Assembly (NCBI RefSeq): GCF_009914755.1
Contig: NC_060944.1
Direction: 5' to 3' (one strand)
Length of the DNA stretch: 64,000 nucleotides
Origin: the human T2T-CHM13v2.0 reference genome, Homo sapiens
Position 1 is the first letter of the stretch. Each line of letters begins with the position of its first letter. A program made the translations under genes and the position numbers. The notes beneath the pieces are model-generated. The model did not search any database. It saw nothing but the letters and a program-made list of their open reading frames with translations, and was not told the DNA's origin. This document shows, in pieces, positions 39,099 through 52,300 of the stretch.

Positions 39099-40224
39099 AA
39101 AATAAGAGGAGTGATCTTGGCTGAAGATATACATATGAGAATCATACAGGTGTAAGTAAAATGGAGAGGAGATTACCTAGCCTGAAAGTAAAAACTTCAC
39201 CTGTGAATGGGGTCTCCAATCTCTCCTTTTCTCTCCCTCTTTCTTCTATGAATGCAGCATTTACTGTCTGGGTCAAAGAGGATGTGTCCTAAAAGGAGAA
39301 TGAGAAATAAAACCCAGAAGGAGAAAGAAAACGTGGAGAATATTGCTGATTGCAGCCAAGGGAAGAGAATGTTTCCAGAAGGAGGTTACCACTGCGAGGT
39401 CAAGTAAGGGACTGGAGAATGCTTCTGTATCTTGGCAGGTGGGGCCATTGGAGGGAGTAGTTGTGACCAGGTGAAGGGCTGAGGGGCAGAGCAGAGTAGA
39501 GTGAGGAGTAAATGTGAGATAAGAAAATGGATCAGGGGAATAGTCTTATATTTCAAGAGATGACAGCTAGATTGGACACTCAAGTAAAATGTGAGAAATT
39601 TTTTAAACAGAAAATACTTGAGCTATTTAACATTGATGAAAATGATCCAGTTAAAATATGCAAGCAAGAAAGGGACATGAAAATTGCAGAGTAAAGACCT
39701 CTGAAAATTCCCTCTTCCATAAAAAAAGAAACTTGCAGAAAAGATCAGAATAAGCTTTTTCAGAATTCGAGAAATTAACCAAAGCTTGCAGCAATGCAGG
39801 AAGGGTTTGTTTTTTCCCCAAGAAAAGTGGCTGAATCTCAGTAAGAAGATTGAGCTTTGTGGTATTTTAATTTTCCATTGTCTCATCTCCCACTCTCCAA
39901 TTCCATAATGATCTTGAAAAATAGCAGCTCACATCCCCAGTGCAAACTGAAAGTCACTAGAGAATGCAGAGGGGAGCTAGAACTCTTCAAAGCCTCATTC
40001 TCAAGGAACTGTCACTTGTGACATGTCAGGTAATCCCTGGAAGACCCTTCTTACAAGGCTGTCTGTATGTGATTGATTTGGAGCTTACACAGTAGGAAAA
40101 ACCTCCTCTCTAGGGGTGATTATTTAAAATAATTACTGGCAGTTCTTTTAACTTTGTAGCTGCCTAAGGTGGTAGATAACCATTTATGTAAAAGTATTCT
40201 AACAAAAACCTTTAAAAGGAAATG

Positions 40225-41350
40225 CTAAAACTCCTAAAATTCAACATTGAGAAAACAAATAATTCAATTAAAAAGAGGGCACAAGATTTGAACAGGCACT
40301 TCACCGAAGAAGATAACAGATGGAAAAGAAGCAAACAAGAAGACGTTCAACATCATATGTCATTAGGGAATTAAAAATGAAAAAAATGATGAGTTTCCAC
40401 CGCACTCCTATTAGAATGGTTAAAATTCAAAACAACACCAACACAAAATGTTGGTGAGGCTATGGAGTAACAGGAATTCTCATTTATTTCCTAGGAGTAA
40501 CGCGAATAAAAAGCAATGGGACAGACACTTTGGAAGACAGTTTGGCAGTTTCTTACAAAAGAAGAAATTGGCCCAATGTGACAGTCATGTCCTACTACTT
40601 GGCACTTGTATTCCTTGGTATTTGCACAATTGATTTGAAAGCTTATATCCACACAGAAACGTGCACACAAATGATTATAACAACTTTATTAATAATTGCC
40701 AAAAACAGAAAGAAAGCAAGTTGTTCTTCAGTAGGTGAATGAACAAAAAATTGTACTACATTCGTACAATGGAGTCTTATTCATCCTTAAGATGAAATGA
40801 GCTATCAAGCTATAAAAAACATTGGGGGGGGGGATCATAGATGCATATTGCTAGGTGAAATAAGTCAGTCTAAAAAGCCTACATACTATATGATTCCAAC
40901 CATATGACATTCTAAAATAGGAAGAACAATGGAGATAGTAAAAAGGATAGTAGATGCTGGGGGCCAGGGGGCAGTATGAAGAGAGAAGATGAGTAAGTGG
41001 AACGTAGGGGATTTTTAGGGAAGTAAAATTATTTTGTATAATACTGTGATGGTGAATACCTGATATTATGCATCTGACATCATGCAGTGGGCATATAGAA
41101 GCCCATCAACAATACAATACAAATGGTAAACCTTAGTGTAAACTATAGACTTTAGGCAACACTAATAATGTATAAATATTGGTTCACCAATTGTAACAAA
41201 ACTACCACAGTGATGCAATAAGTTTATATTTGTGGAAACTATGTGAGAAGAGGGAGGAGGAGTATATGGGAACTCTCTGTACTTTTATGTTCTATTTTCA
41301 TATAAACTGAAAACTGCTCTAAAAAATAAATCCTACTAAGTAAAAACATA
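40225..41350 (+). mobile_element. L1MC/MD-type 3' end nested in the L1M 5' region
   Basis: ORF2 C-terminal remnant, then GAGTATATGGGAACTCTCTGTACTTT...CTGAAAACTGCTCTAAAAAATAAA; possible TSD AAAAGGAAA at 40214-40222 and 41351-41359. Confidence 0.8.
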
Positions 41351-43090
41351 AAAAGGAAACATGGAGCAATGAGAAATCCATAGAGGTTTTGAAAAGCTCT
41401 GAAAGTATTCCTGGAAAAATAGAGGACCATGCACATACATAGAGCATGAACATGTTCAGGAAAGACCTAAAAAGACCCTAAGGTCTCACTTCTGGCTGAT
41501 CTTGAGAATATGTGTGACAGCAAGTGAAGGCTAAGGCAGAGTTGTTAATTACCTGGCTGAGTGTTGAAGGCATACCCCTACAAGTAAACAGTGGCTCTCA
41601 GCAACACTTAGAGATATATTGACTCCATCTATTTAAATATGTCTATGTCCAGTAGTTAGCTAACCACTAAAGACTTCGGTGATCAAACACAACAATGAAT
41701 ACAGACTGTTCAGAATTAGTTCAGAAAAGTCACTAAACTAAACAAACAAAAAAAACAAACCCAGCAACTACAATAAGCAGCAATTGCAGACCCTGGGGAC
41801 AGAAGAGGGCAAAGAGAGAATCTGATATCTACTATTGCTACATTATATTATTTAAACATCAAGTTTTAAAAAAATAAGAGAAAAAAGAATGTATGACCCA
41901 TACACAAGAAGGAAAAAAGCAATCAATAGAAACTATCCCTGAAAGAATGTAGATGTTGAATTTACTAAAGAGAGACTTTAAATTAGTTATTTAAAATAAA
42001 TTGAAAATAATATAGAAAATAGCAAAATGGAAGATGCAAAATGGCAGAGGTAAATCCAATAGTATTAGTAATTACACTAATTGGAAATGGATTAAATTCT
42101 CTAATCAAAAGGCAGAGATTGACTTAATGGATAAAAAACATAATCCAACTATATGCTTTCTACAAGAAACATAATTTAGATTCAAAGACAAAAGTATGTT
42201 TCAAATCAAAAGATGAAAAAAGATCTATAGTGCAAACAGTAACAAAAGGAGATCTGGAAAAGCATATACTATGCAAACGTAAGCAAAAGAGAGCTGGAAA
42301 AAGATACTTCATGCAAACTGTAACCAAAATAGAATTGAGGTGGATATACTAATATTAAAATAGATTTTAGGACAAATATTTGTAGTAAATACAGAGAAAA
42401 ATACTTGATAATGATAAAAGAATGGATTCAAAAAGAAGATATAATAATTATAAATGTATGAACCAAGTAACAAACTCTTAAAATACATGAAGGAGGAATT
42501 GATTAAATTGAAGGGAGAAATATAAAATTCAACAATAGTCAGAAACCTCAATACCCCACTTTCAATGATGGACATAACAACTAGACAAAAGATCATCTAG
42601 GAAATAAAAGAGTTGAACAGTACTATAAACAATTAGGCATAAGACATAGCTATAGAATAGTCCACCCAACAATAGCATAATACACATTATTTCCAAGTGT
42701 ACGTGGAAAATTCTCAAGGATAGATTACATTTTAGGCCATAAAACAAGTTTCAATATATTTAAAAGAACTGAAATCATAACAAATCTCCTTCAACAACGA
42801 TTGAAATTAGAAATGTAAACAACACACTCCTAAATAGCCAACAGGTTAAAGAAATAGTCACAGTGAAATTAGAAAATACTTTAAAATTAAAACCCTACAT
42901 ACCAAAATTTATGGAATGCAGTTGAAGTAGTGCTTAGAGAAAAATTTACAGAAATCAATGCCTACATTGGAAAAGAATAAAGGTCTGTCTTAAATCAATA
43001 ACCTAGCTTAAAAAACCTAGGAAAACAAGAGCAAACTAATCAGAAAGCAAGCAAAAAAGGAAATAATAGAAGAGCAAAATAAATAAAATG

Positions 43091-43505
43091 GGTCATAGGA
43101 CATTATGTTAAGTGAAATTCTCAGACACAGAAAGACAAATAGTACGTGATCTCACTCATACTCATCTAGAAAAGGTCAATATTAGTTACTGTTACAGAAG
43201 TAGTGTGTGGAATGGTGGTTATCAGGGGGTGTGGTGAAGGGTAGTGGTGGGGAGATGTTTGTCGAAGGAAACAAAATTTCAATTTGTTGGGAGGAATAAG
43301 TCCAAGAGATGTAGTGTACAACATGATGACTATAGTGAACAGTATACTGTATTATCAGAAAATGTAAGAGTGGATTTAAAGTGTTCTCACCACAAAAATG
43401 ACAGCTATGTGAGGAATGTATGTCATTCCACAGTGTTTATTATATGCACTTCGAGACATTGTTATACATGATAAATATATACAAATTTTATTTGTTAATT
43501 TAAAA
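43091..43505 (+). mobile_element. L1MA 3' end nested in L1 ORF2
   Basis: GGACATTATGTTAAGTGAAAT...GTACAACATGATGACTATAGT...GATTTAAAGTGTTCTCACCACAAAAATGA. Confidence 0.8.
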
Positions 43506-44582
43506 ATAGAGAATAACAAAACAAAACTTTTTTTAATATTAACAAATGGATAAGTCTCTAGCTGGACTAGCAAGAAATAAAGAGAAAAGGCTCAAACTTA
43601 CAGATATAAAAAGGATTATAAAGAAGTATTATGAACAGTTGTAAGCCAATAAAGTAGGTAACTCATATAAAATTAACAATTTCTGGAAAGACACCAACTA
43701 TCGAAACTGACTCAAGAAAAAATAGACACCGAAATAGACCTAAAACAAGCAAAGAGATTAAATTAGTAATCAAGAAACCACACACAAAGACAGGTCCAGC
43801 AGACGGTTTCACCTCTTAATTCTACTAGACATTTAAATAATAATTAATAGTAATTTTTCACAAACATTTTCAAAAAATAGAAGAGAGAACAGTTCCCATT
43901 CATTCTCTGAGGCTATTACTATACCAATACTACACAGGAAAAGGCATCATAAGAAAAGAAAACTATAAAGCAATATATCTTATAAATAAAAATGTAAAAA
44001 TCCTTAATAAAATATTTGTGTATTGAATCTGTTAACATCAAAAATATTCCACACCATGACCAAGTGGGATTTATCCCAGGATGCAAGGTTTGGTTTAATG
44101 TGTGAAAATTAATCTTTGTAATGTACTAGTCGAATAAAATAAACAAAATCCACATGGTCATCTCAATAAATACTGAAGGCATTTGACAAAATCTAGCATT
44201 CTTTGGTGATGAAAACACTCAACTAACTAGCGATAGAAGGGAACCACCTCAACTTGATAGAGAATATCTATGAAAAAACCACAACTAACATTATACTTAA
44301 TGGTGAAAGACCAGACCTTCCCCCTAAGACCAGGAAAAATACAAGGATGGCTGCTTTCACTATTTCCATTCAACACCATACTGGACATTCTAGAGAGGAA
44401 AATTAGGCAAGAAAATGAAATAAAAGACATCTAGATTGGAAAGGAAGAAGTAAAAGCATCTCTACTTATAGATGAGTTGATTTTATATGTAGAAAATCCT
44501 GAGAAATCCATTAAAAATCTCATAAACTAGTTAAGCGAGGTTTCAGAATACAAGATCAATATATGAAAAACAGTTGTACTTT

Positions 44583-44908
44583 TCTCAGATTTTTATTTTA
44601 GGTTCAGGGTCACATGTGCAGGTTTGTTATACAGGTAAACTCATGTTATGGAGTTTTTTGTACAGATTATTTTGTCATCCAGGTACTAAGCCTAGTACCC
44701 AATAGTTATTTTTTCTGCTGCTGTCTCTCCTCCCGCCCTTCATCAAGTAGGCCCCAGTGTCTGCTGTTTTCTTCTTTGTATCCATGAGTTCTCATCGTTT
44801 ATCTCTCATTTATAAGTGAGAACATGCGGTATTTGGTTTTCTGTTCCTGTGTTAGTTTGTTAAGCATAATGGCCTTCAACTCCATCCGTGTTCCCACAAA
44901 AGACACAT
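44583..44908 (-). mobile_element. L1PA13/14-like 3' end, antisense, nested in L1 ORF2
   Basis: GTTCAGGGTCACATGTGCAGGTTTGTTATACAGGTAAACTC...CCAGGTACTAAGCCTAGTACCCAATAGTTATTTTTTCTG. Confidence 0.85.
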
Positions 44909-47517
44909 ATATTTTCATATACTTGCAATGAACAATCTAAAAATGAAATTAAGAAAACAATTCCATTTGCAATACCACCAAAAAGAACAAAATATTTAAG
45001 AATAATAACAAAAGAGGTGTAAAACTCATGCTCTGAAAACAACAAAACTGTGTTGAAGGAAATTTCAGAAGAGCCAAACAAATGGAAAAAATGTATGTTC
45101 ATGGACAGGAAGAAGTGGTATTGTTATGACGGCAATACAGCCCAAATTGATTTATAGGTTAAAAGCAATCCCAATCAGTATGCATACCTTTTAACAAGCT
45201 GTTTCTAAACTTTATATGGAATTGTGATGAACCATAAATATCGAAAACAGTTTTGAAGAAGAAGAATCAAATAGGCAGACTCACTTCTTGACTTCAAAAC
45301 TTACTACAATGAAATGGTCATCAAGAAAGTATGGTCCTGGCATAAGGATAGACGTATAGATAAATGGAGTAAAAGTGAGAGTCCAGAAATAAAACCTTGT
45401 GTCTATGGTCAACTGAATTTTGACAAGGATGTCAAAACTATTCAATAGAGAAAAAAGAGTCTTACCAACAAATGGTTTAGGGACAGCCATATGCCAAAGA
45501 ATGAAATGGGACTCTTCCCTCTCACCGAACACAAATAGGAACTCAAAGTAGTTTAAAGGCCTAAATGTAAGAACTAAAATTATAAATCTTTTAGAATAAG
45601 TCATAGGGGAAAATCTTCCCAATCTCAGATATGATAAAATACTCTTAGATATGACAATAAAAGTATGAACAGCAAAATAAAAAAATCAATAATTTGGACT
45701 TATCAAAATTCTAAAAGTTTTTGCATCAAAAGATACTATCAAGAAAGTGAAAAGTCAATAAACGGTATGGGAGAAAATATTTGCAAATACTATATCTCAT
45801 AAAGGACTTATATCTAGAATATATAAGAACACTTATAATCAAGAACAAGAATATAAATAACCCAATTTAAAAATGAGCAAAGTATGTAAATGCACGTTTT
45901 TGCAAAGAAGATATAAAAATGTCCAATACGGACATGAAGGATACTCGACATCATTAGTAATCAAGGAAACGCTAATCAAATCCACAATATGATACCACTT
46001 CACATCCACTAAGATGACTATAATCAAGAATCAGAAAATAACAAGTGTTACTGAGGATGTAGAAAAAATAAAACCATTATATACTGCTAGTGTGGTGCAG
46101 CTCCTTGGAAAGTAGTCTGGAAATTCCTCAAATACTTAAACATAGAGTTACCTTATGATTCAGCAATTCCTTCCTAAGTATATGCTCAAGAAACATAAAA
46201 ACATATATCCATACAAAATCTTGTACACAAATGTTTAGCATTCTGTCATTCATAATAGCAAAAAGGAGTAAACAACTCAAATGTCCATCAACTGACACAT
46301 GGATAAATAAAATGTGGCATATCCATACAACAGAATATTATTCAGCAATCAAAAGGAATGGAGTACTGATACATTCTTAATCATGGATGAAACTTGAAAG
46401 CATTATGCTAAGTGAAAGAATCTCGTCAGAAAATGTCACATATTATGAGCTATTCATTTGAAGTATACAGAACAGGAAAATTTATAGGGACATAAAGCAG
46501 AATAGTGGTTGCTTAGGGTTTGGGAGTGAGAAGGTATGGTGGTGATAGGTAAGGTCGTGGGGTTTCTTTTGGACATGATGAAAATATTCTAAATTGACTA
46601 TATTGATGGCTGCATGTGTCTGTAAATATGCTGAAAATCTGACTGGAGCACTTTCAGTGGGTGAATTCTATGCTAAGTGAATTATGTTGCAATAAAACTG
46701 TTGATATAAGAAGTATAGAATCTGAGTATACCTATAACAAGTAAAGAGATTTAATTAGCAGTAATAATAATAATAATAAACAACTTATCACAAACAAAAG
46801 CTCAGGATTAGATGGCTTCACGGGTAATTCTACCAAATATTTAAAGAAGAATTGGCATCAGTACTACACAAACACTTCCAAATATAGACGAGGAAGGCAT
46901 ACTTCCCATGTCATTCCATGAGATCTGTGTTATGCTGATTCTAAACCCGACAAATAAATCATGAGAAAAGAAAATGATATACCAATATCCCATATGACCA
47001 TATACACAAAAATCCAAAAAAACACTAGCATGCTGAATCTAGCACCATAGTAAAAATATTATATACCATGACTAAGTGAGATTTATCCCAGGATGCAAGG
47101 TTGGTTTGTTACATGAAAATTAATCAATGTAATACACCATTTAATAGAATAAAGAATGAAAACAACATGGTCATCTCAATAAATGTGCAAAAGCATTTGA
47201 CAAAAGCCAATACCCTTTCATGATAATAACATTCAAGAAATTAGGAATAGAAAAAACTTCCTCAGCAAGATAAAAGGCATTTATCAAAAATCCACAGCTG
47301 ATAAAATCCTCAGTGGTGAAAGACTGAAACTTTCTCTCTGAGATCATATACAATACAAGGATAACCACTCTCATCATTTGTATTTAACATTGAACTAGAG
47401 TTTTTAGAGAGGAAATTCAGGCAAAAAATAAAATTAAAGACATCCAGACAAGAAAGAAAGAAGTCAAACTATTTCCATTTGTAGATGAAACAATCTTATA
47501 AACAAAAAATCCTAAGG

Positions 47518-47518
<1 letters not shown>

Positions 47519-47561
<43 letters not shown>
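47519..47561. repeat. (AC)n microsatellite, about 21 units
   Basis: Uninterrupted run seen directly. Confidence 0.97.
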
Positions 47562-47563
<2 letters not shown>

Positions 47564-48243
47564 TAGAACTAATGAATGACTTCAACAATGTTGCAGGATA
47601 TAAGATAAATATTAAAAATTAGTTGTATTTCTATACACTTGCAATCAACGATTAGAAAGTAACTTCAAGAAAATTCCATGTATAATAGCATCAAGATGAT
47701 AAAAATATTTAGCAATAAATTTAACAAAAGAACTGAAAACCATGAAACAGTGTTGAAATAATTTAAAGATGCAAATAAATGGATAAATATTCCATGTTCA
47801 TGAACTGGTAGAATTAGTATTGTTAAGACAAAAATACTCCCTGAATTAATCTTTAGAGCTGATGTAATCCCTGTACAAATTTCAACTGTCATTTTTTCAG
47901 AAATTGAGAAGCTGATCTTAAAATTCACATAGAAATTCAAAAGACCTACAATAAACAAAACAATCTTGAAAAAGAAGGAAGTAGGAGAACTCACATTTCT
48001 CAATTCCAAAACTTAATACAAAGCTACAGTAATCAAGACAGTGTGGCATAAGCATAGACATATACATCAGTAGACTAGAATTGAGAATCTAGAAGTAAAC
48101 CGATACGTCTATGTTCATTTGTTTTTGACAAGAATAATCTTTAAAACACATGATGTTGGGATAATTGAATAGTTGCATGCCAAAGAATGAAGTTGGGCCT
48201 TTACCTCTCAAATCATGTACAAAAATTATTTCAAGATGGCTTA

Positions 48244-48936
48244 ATTATCTTTATTATTTCTTTCCTTCTAGTGATTTTGGTTTTGGTTTGTTCTTTTCTA
48301 ATTCCTTGAAGTTCATCTTTGGGTTGTTTTTTGAAATCTTTCTAGATTTTTGATGTAGGCATTTGTTGCTATAAATATGTCTCTTAACACTGCTTTTGCT
48401 GTGTCCCATACGTTTTGGTATGCTGTGCTTCTATTTTTATTTGTTTCAAGAAATGTTTAAATTTCATTCTTAATTTCTTCCTTCATCCATAGGTTGTTTG
48501 GGAGCCTGTTGTTTAATTGCATGTTCGTACTCACATGTGGAAGCTAAACAAAAGTTGATCTCATAGAAATAAAATGAATATAGGATACTAGAGACTGGGA
48601 AGGGGGAAGGGAAGGGACATGGTTAGGAAGAGATTTGTTACAGGACACAAAGTTACAGCTAGAGAGGAAGGATCAGTTCCAGTGTTCCATAACACTGTAA
48701 GATGACTGTTGTTAACAATAAAATATTACATAGTTTCAAATAGCTACAAGGAGGATATTGAATGTTCCTAACACAAACGAATGACAAATGTTTCAGATGA
48801 TGGCTATGCTAATTACCCTGGTCTGATTACTGTGCATTATATGAATTGAAACATCACTATGTACCCTGTGAATATATTCAATTATTATTTGTACATTAAA
48901 AATTAAATTAAAAAATAAAGTACTAGCTTTTAACAA
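48244..48936 (+). mobile_element. 5'-inverted L1MA (L1MA4-like) insertion
   Basis: Antisense ORF2 piece at about 48244-48518, joined to a sense 3' UTR at about 48519-48920; TSD ATGGCTTA at 48236-48243 and 48937-48944. Confidence 0.75.
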
Positions 48937-49405
48937 ATGGCTTATTGAGTTTTATAGAGCTAAAACGATGAAATTCTTAGAAAAAAACCAGCACGTAAGT
49001 CTCTGTGAACTTGTATTAGACAACGGTTTCTTAGATGTAGCACCTAACAGAAAAGCAAGTAATAAAAGATTGATAAGTTGGACTTCATCAAATTTTAAAA
49101 CTTTTATGTGTCAAAAATGCTATTATGAAAGTGAAAAAAGAACCCATATAGTAAGAGAAAAATATTTATGATTCTTATTTCTCATAAGAATCTAGTAGTC
49201 AGAATACAGAAAGCACTCTAAAAGCTCAACAATAAAAAGACAAATAATCCAGTAAAAGTTGGGAAAATATCTAGCTAGACATGTCTTCAAAGAAATATAC
49301 AAGTGGCAAACAAACACATGAAAGGCTGCTCAACATCATTAGTTATTTCGGAAAAGCAAATCAACGTCCTCATGAAATTCCATTTCGAACCACTGCATGG
49401 GCTTA

Positions 49406-50059
<654 letters not shown>

Positions 50060-50449
50060 TCACCAAAAATAAAGGAATAAATTCCTGGTATATGTGCACC
50101 ATGGATGAATCTTAAAAATATGCTGAGTGAAATAACCCAGGCATAATAAGCCAAATATTATTTAATTCCATTTATGTCCAGAATAGGCAAAATACGTAGA
50201 GACAGAAAGTAGATTATTTGTTGCCAGGGGTTGTGGGGAGGCGGAGAATGGGAGTGCCTACTCATGGATACAGGTTTCTTTGTGGGGTGATGAAAATGTT
50301 CTAGATTAAATAGTGGTGATGGTTGCACACCTTGTGAATTTATGAAGAGGCACTGAAATGTACATTTTCTAAGGGTGATCTTATGATATGTGAATTATAT
50401 CTTAATAAAAATAGGTTTAGAAAGAAAGAAAAAAATAACAACATGCACC

Positions 50450-51400
50450 CAAGCTGGTCAATCCTGTAAGGCTTCTGAATGAGCAGGAAGGGATAGACTC
50501 CAAGGTTTAGAGAGTCTGATGTAGGATGTATGTTCTGCCCCCTGTGCAGGGTTCTACTGAGGATGTGGAGGAGGAATGCCTGGGGGACTTGAGTATTGGT
50601 GGATTTTGGTATCTGAGGAGTCCTGGAACAAATCCCCCTGCATGCAGAGGGAAGAATGCACTCAGAGAAACATCAGAGCAAGTTTTAGGATACTCAGAGA
50701 AACATCTCAATTTTAAACAAAAAGAGAGAAAGGAAGAATGAGTATGGATACTGTTACAAACATGTTGGGAAAGACAGCTTCTATTCTAGTCTTTAAGACT
50801 AGAGATGAGGTCATCTTTAAGGAAGAGTGGAAAAGAGGGTAATGCATGGACATTTGGGGGACTGGAGAGCATTAGAAATAGATACTGTGGGGGTCAGGGC
50901 AAGAGCCAACTGGGAAGCAGGGTTGAGAGCAATTGAGTTGATGACTGTAAATTGATGATAACATCATTTTCCCTCCTATGTGACTTTCTGCAACAAGGCT
51001 TGGCTTTTTGGGTGTGGTCATGGAGAAATGAAATGGTTCGCTTCATCAAGGACCAGTTTATCTAGACAAGTGAGGTGATGAGCATAGGGTCCAGCTCACA
51101 GGTCCTAGAACTGTTAATAAAAGAAACAAAGAAAGGAGAAGGCTGTGAGTCTGGAGAGTGGAAGAGTGGTCATAGTTGGAGTAATTAAAAAAACATGCTA
51201 GACGGAGAGGAGGTCAAAGAGTGGGCAGTAAGCTCAAAGACCCGATTTTGTAGCTGATAGAGTTACGAATGGTAGCAAGGTCAGTGGGAGGGCGTGGGTG
51301 TGTTAGCTCAGCGAGACAGAGAAGGGAAGGTGGAGGGAGGTGGACCCTTAGCTGGAGCAACAGGGCATTGGATGTGTCTCCCATGTGGATGCTGAGGTCG
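50450..51400 (-). mobile_element. L2 internal fragments, with a Tigger-type terminus at about 50585-50660
   Basis: Purine-rich degenerate L2 body. GGATTTTGGTATCTGAGGAGTCCTGGAACAAATCCCC resembles a Tigger3/MER8 end. Confidence 0.5.
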
Positions 51401-51633
51401 TCAGGTTTTCCCACTTCGGAGACTTGTTACTTTGTCTTCCAGGGTGCTCTTCTCCCAGACTGGGGCATAGCTCATGGATCACTCCTTTTCATTATTCAGG
51501 ATGTGGCACAAATAAAACATTTTCAGAGAGTAGCTTCCCTGTCTCTTTACTTCTTGCCCCCAGCTACATTCATTTTCTCTCAAAGCACCTGATTAATTTC
51601 ATCCATGTTTTGTATTTGGCATACCTATTTAAG

Positions 51634-51890
51634 TCTCTTCCTCCTTCCGTTTCCCTTCTGCTTCCCTTTCCCCTCCCATCCTCTCCCCTTCTTCCCTTCA
51701 TTCCTTCCTTTCTCTCTTCCTCCCTCCCTTTCCTTTCTTCCTCCCTCACTACTTTTCCTTCCTTCCTTCCTTCCTTTCTCCCTTCCTTCTTCCTTTCTTC
51801 TTTCTTCCTTTCCTCCTCCCTCCATCCATTCCTTCCTTCCTTCCTTCCTTCCTTCCTTCCTTCCTTCCTTCCTTCCTTCCTTCCTTCCCT
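51634..51890. repeat. Polypyrimidine low-complexity tract ending in pure (TTCC)n
   Basis: Seen directly; it abuts the 3' end of an antisense L2. Confidence 0.95.
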
Positions 51891-52300
51891 TTATTGAGCA
51901 CCTTTATGTGCCAGGCACAGTTGCAAGCAGTGGGAATAGAGCACAGGACAGACAGACTCCTTGCTTTCATGGAGATTAGAGTAGTAGAGGGTTGCTACTA
52001 AACGAAGTAAACATGAAAAAGTTCTTTTAGATGGTGAAAAGCGCTACAAAGGAAATAAAACAGGGTGAGGTGAATAAGAGCAAGTCAGTCCTACAGTGAT
52101 GAAGAAAACAGCATTTCAGGCAGAGGGAATAGCCAGTGCAAAGGCCCTGAGGTTAGAATGAATTTGGCGTTGGGGGCCAAAGAAGATGAGCGTTTTGGAG
52201 GAGAAAGTGCCAGAGAGAGTGGACAAAGTGAGGATAGAGGGGAAGGTTGGAAAACCACGGATTTTATTCCAATTGCAGTGTAGAGCTGTTGGTGGGTGTT
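51890..52300 (-). mobile_element. L2 3' end
   Basis: TTTATTGAGCACCTTTATGTGCCAGGCAC...TTTCAGGCAGAGGGAATAGCCAGTGCAAAGGCCCTGAGG. Confidence 0.85.

Larger units (their letters stand above)
37612..39655 (-). mobile_element. L2, fragmented; hosts MER63 and AluJ; apparently continues at about 50450-51400
   Basis: TTCATTCATTCACTCATTTATT...AAATGCTTATTGAGCACC terminus, with purine-rich antisense L2 body segments such as GCCAAGGGAAGAGAATGTTTCCAGAAGGAGG. Confidence 0.7.
39660..46702 (+). mobile_element. Old L1M (3' end L1MB8-like): 5' region, most of ORF1 missing, ORF2 remnant, three nested L1 fragments
   Basis: L1M 5'-type sequence at 39660-40220 and 41360-42000; EN-domain sequence from about 42030; RT sequence CATGACCAAGTGGGATTTATCCCAGGATGCAAGG at about 44056; 3' UTR ending AATAAAACTGTT. 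Confidence 0.8.

Noticed and set aside
51385-51979. ORFs of 124-170 aa rich in P/S/F/L
   Set aside because: They are translations of the TTCC low-complexity tract.
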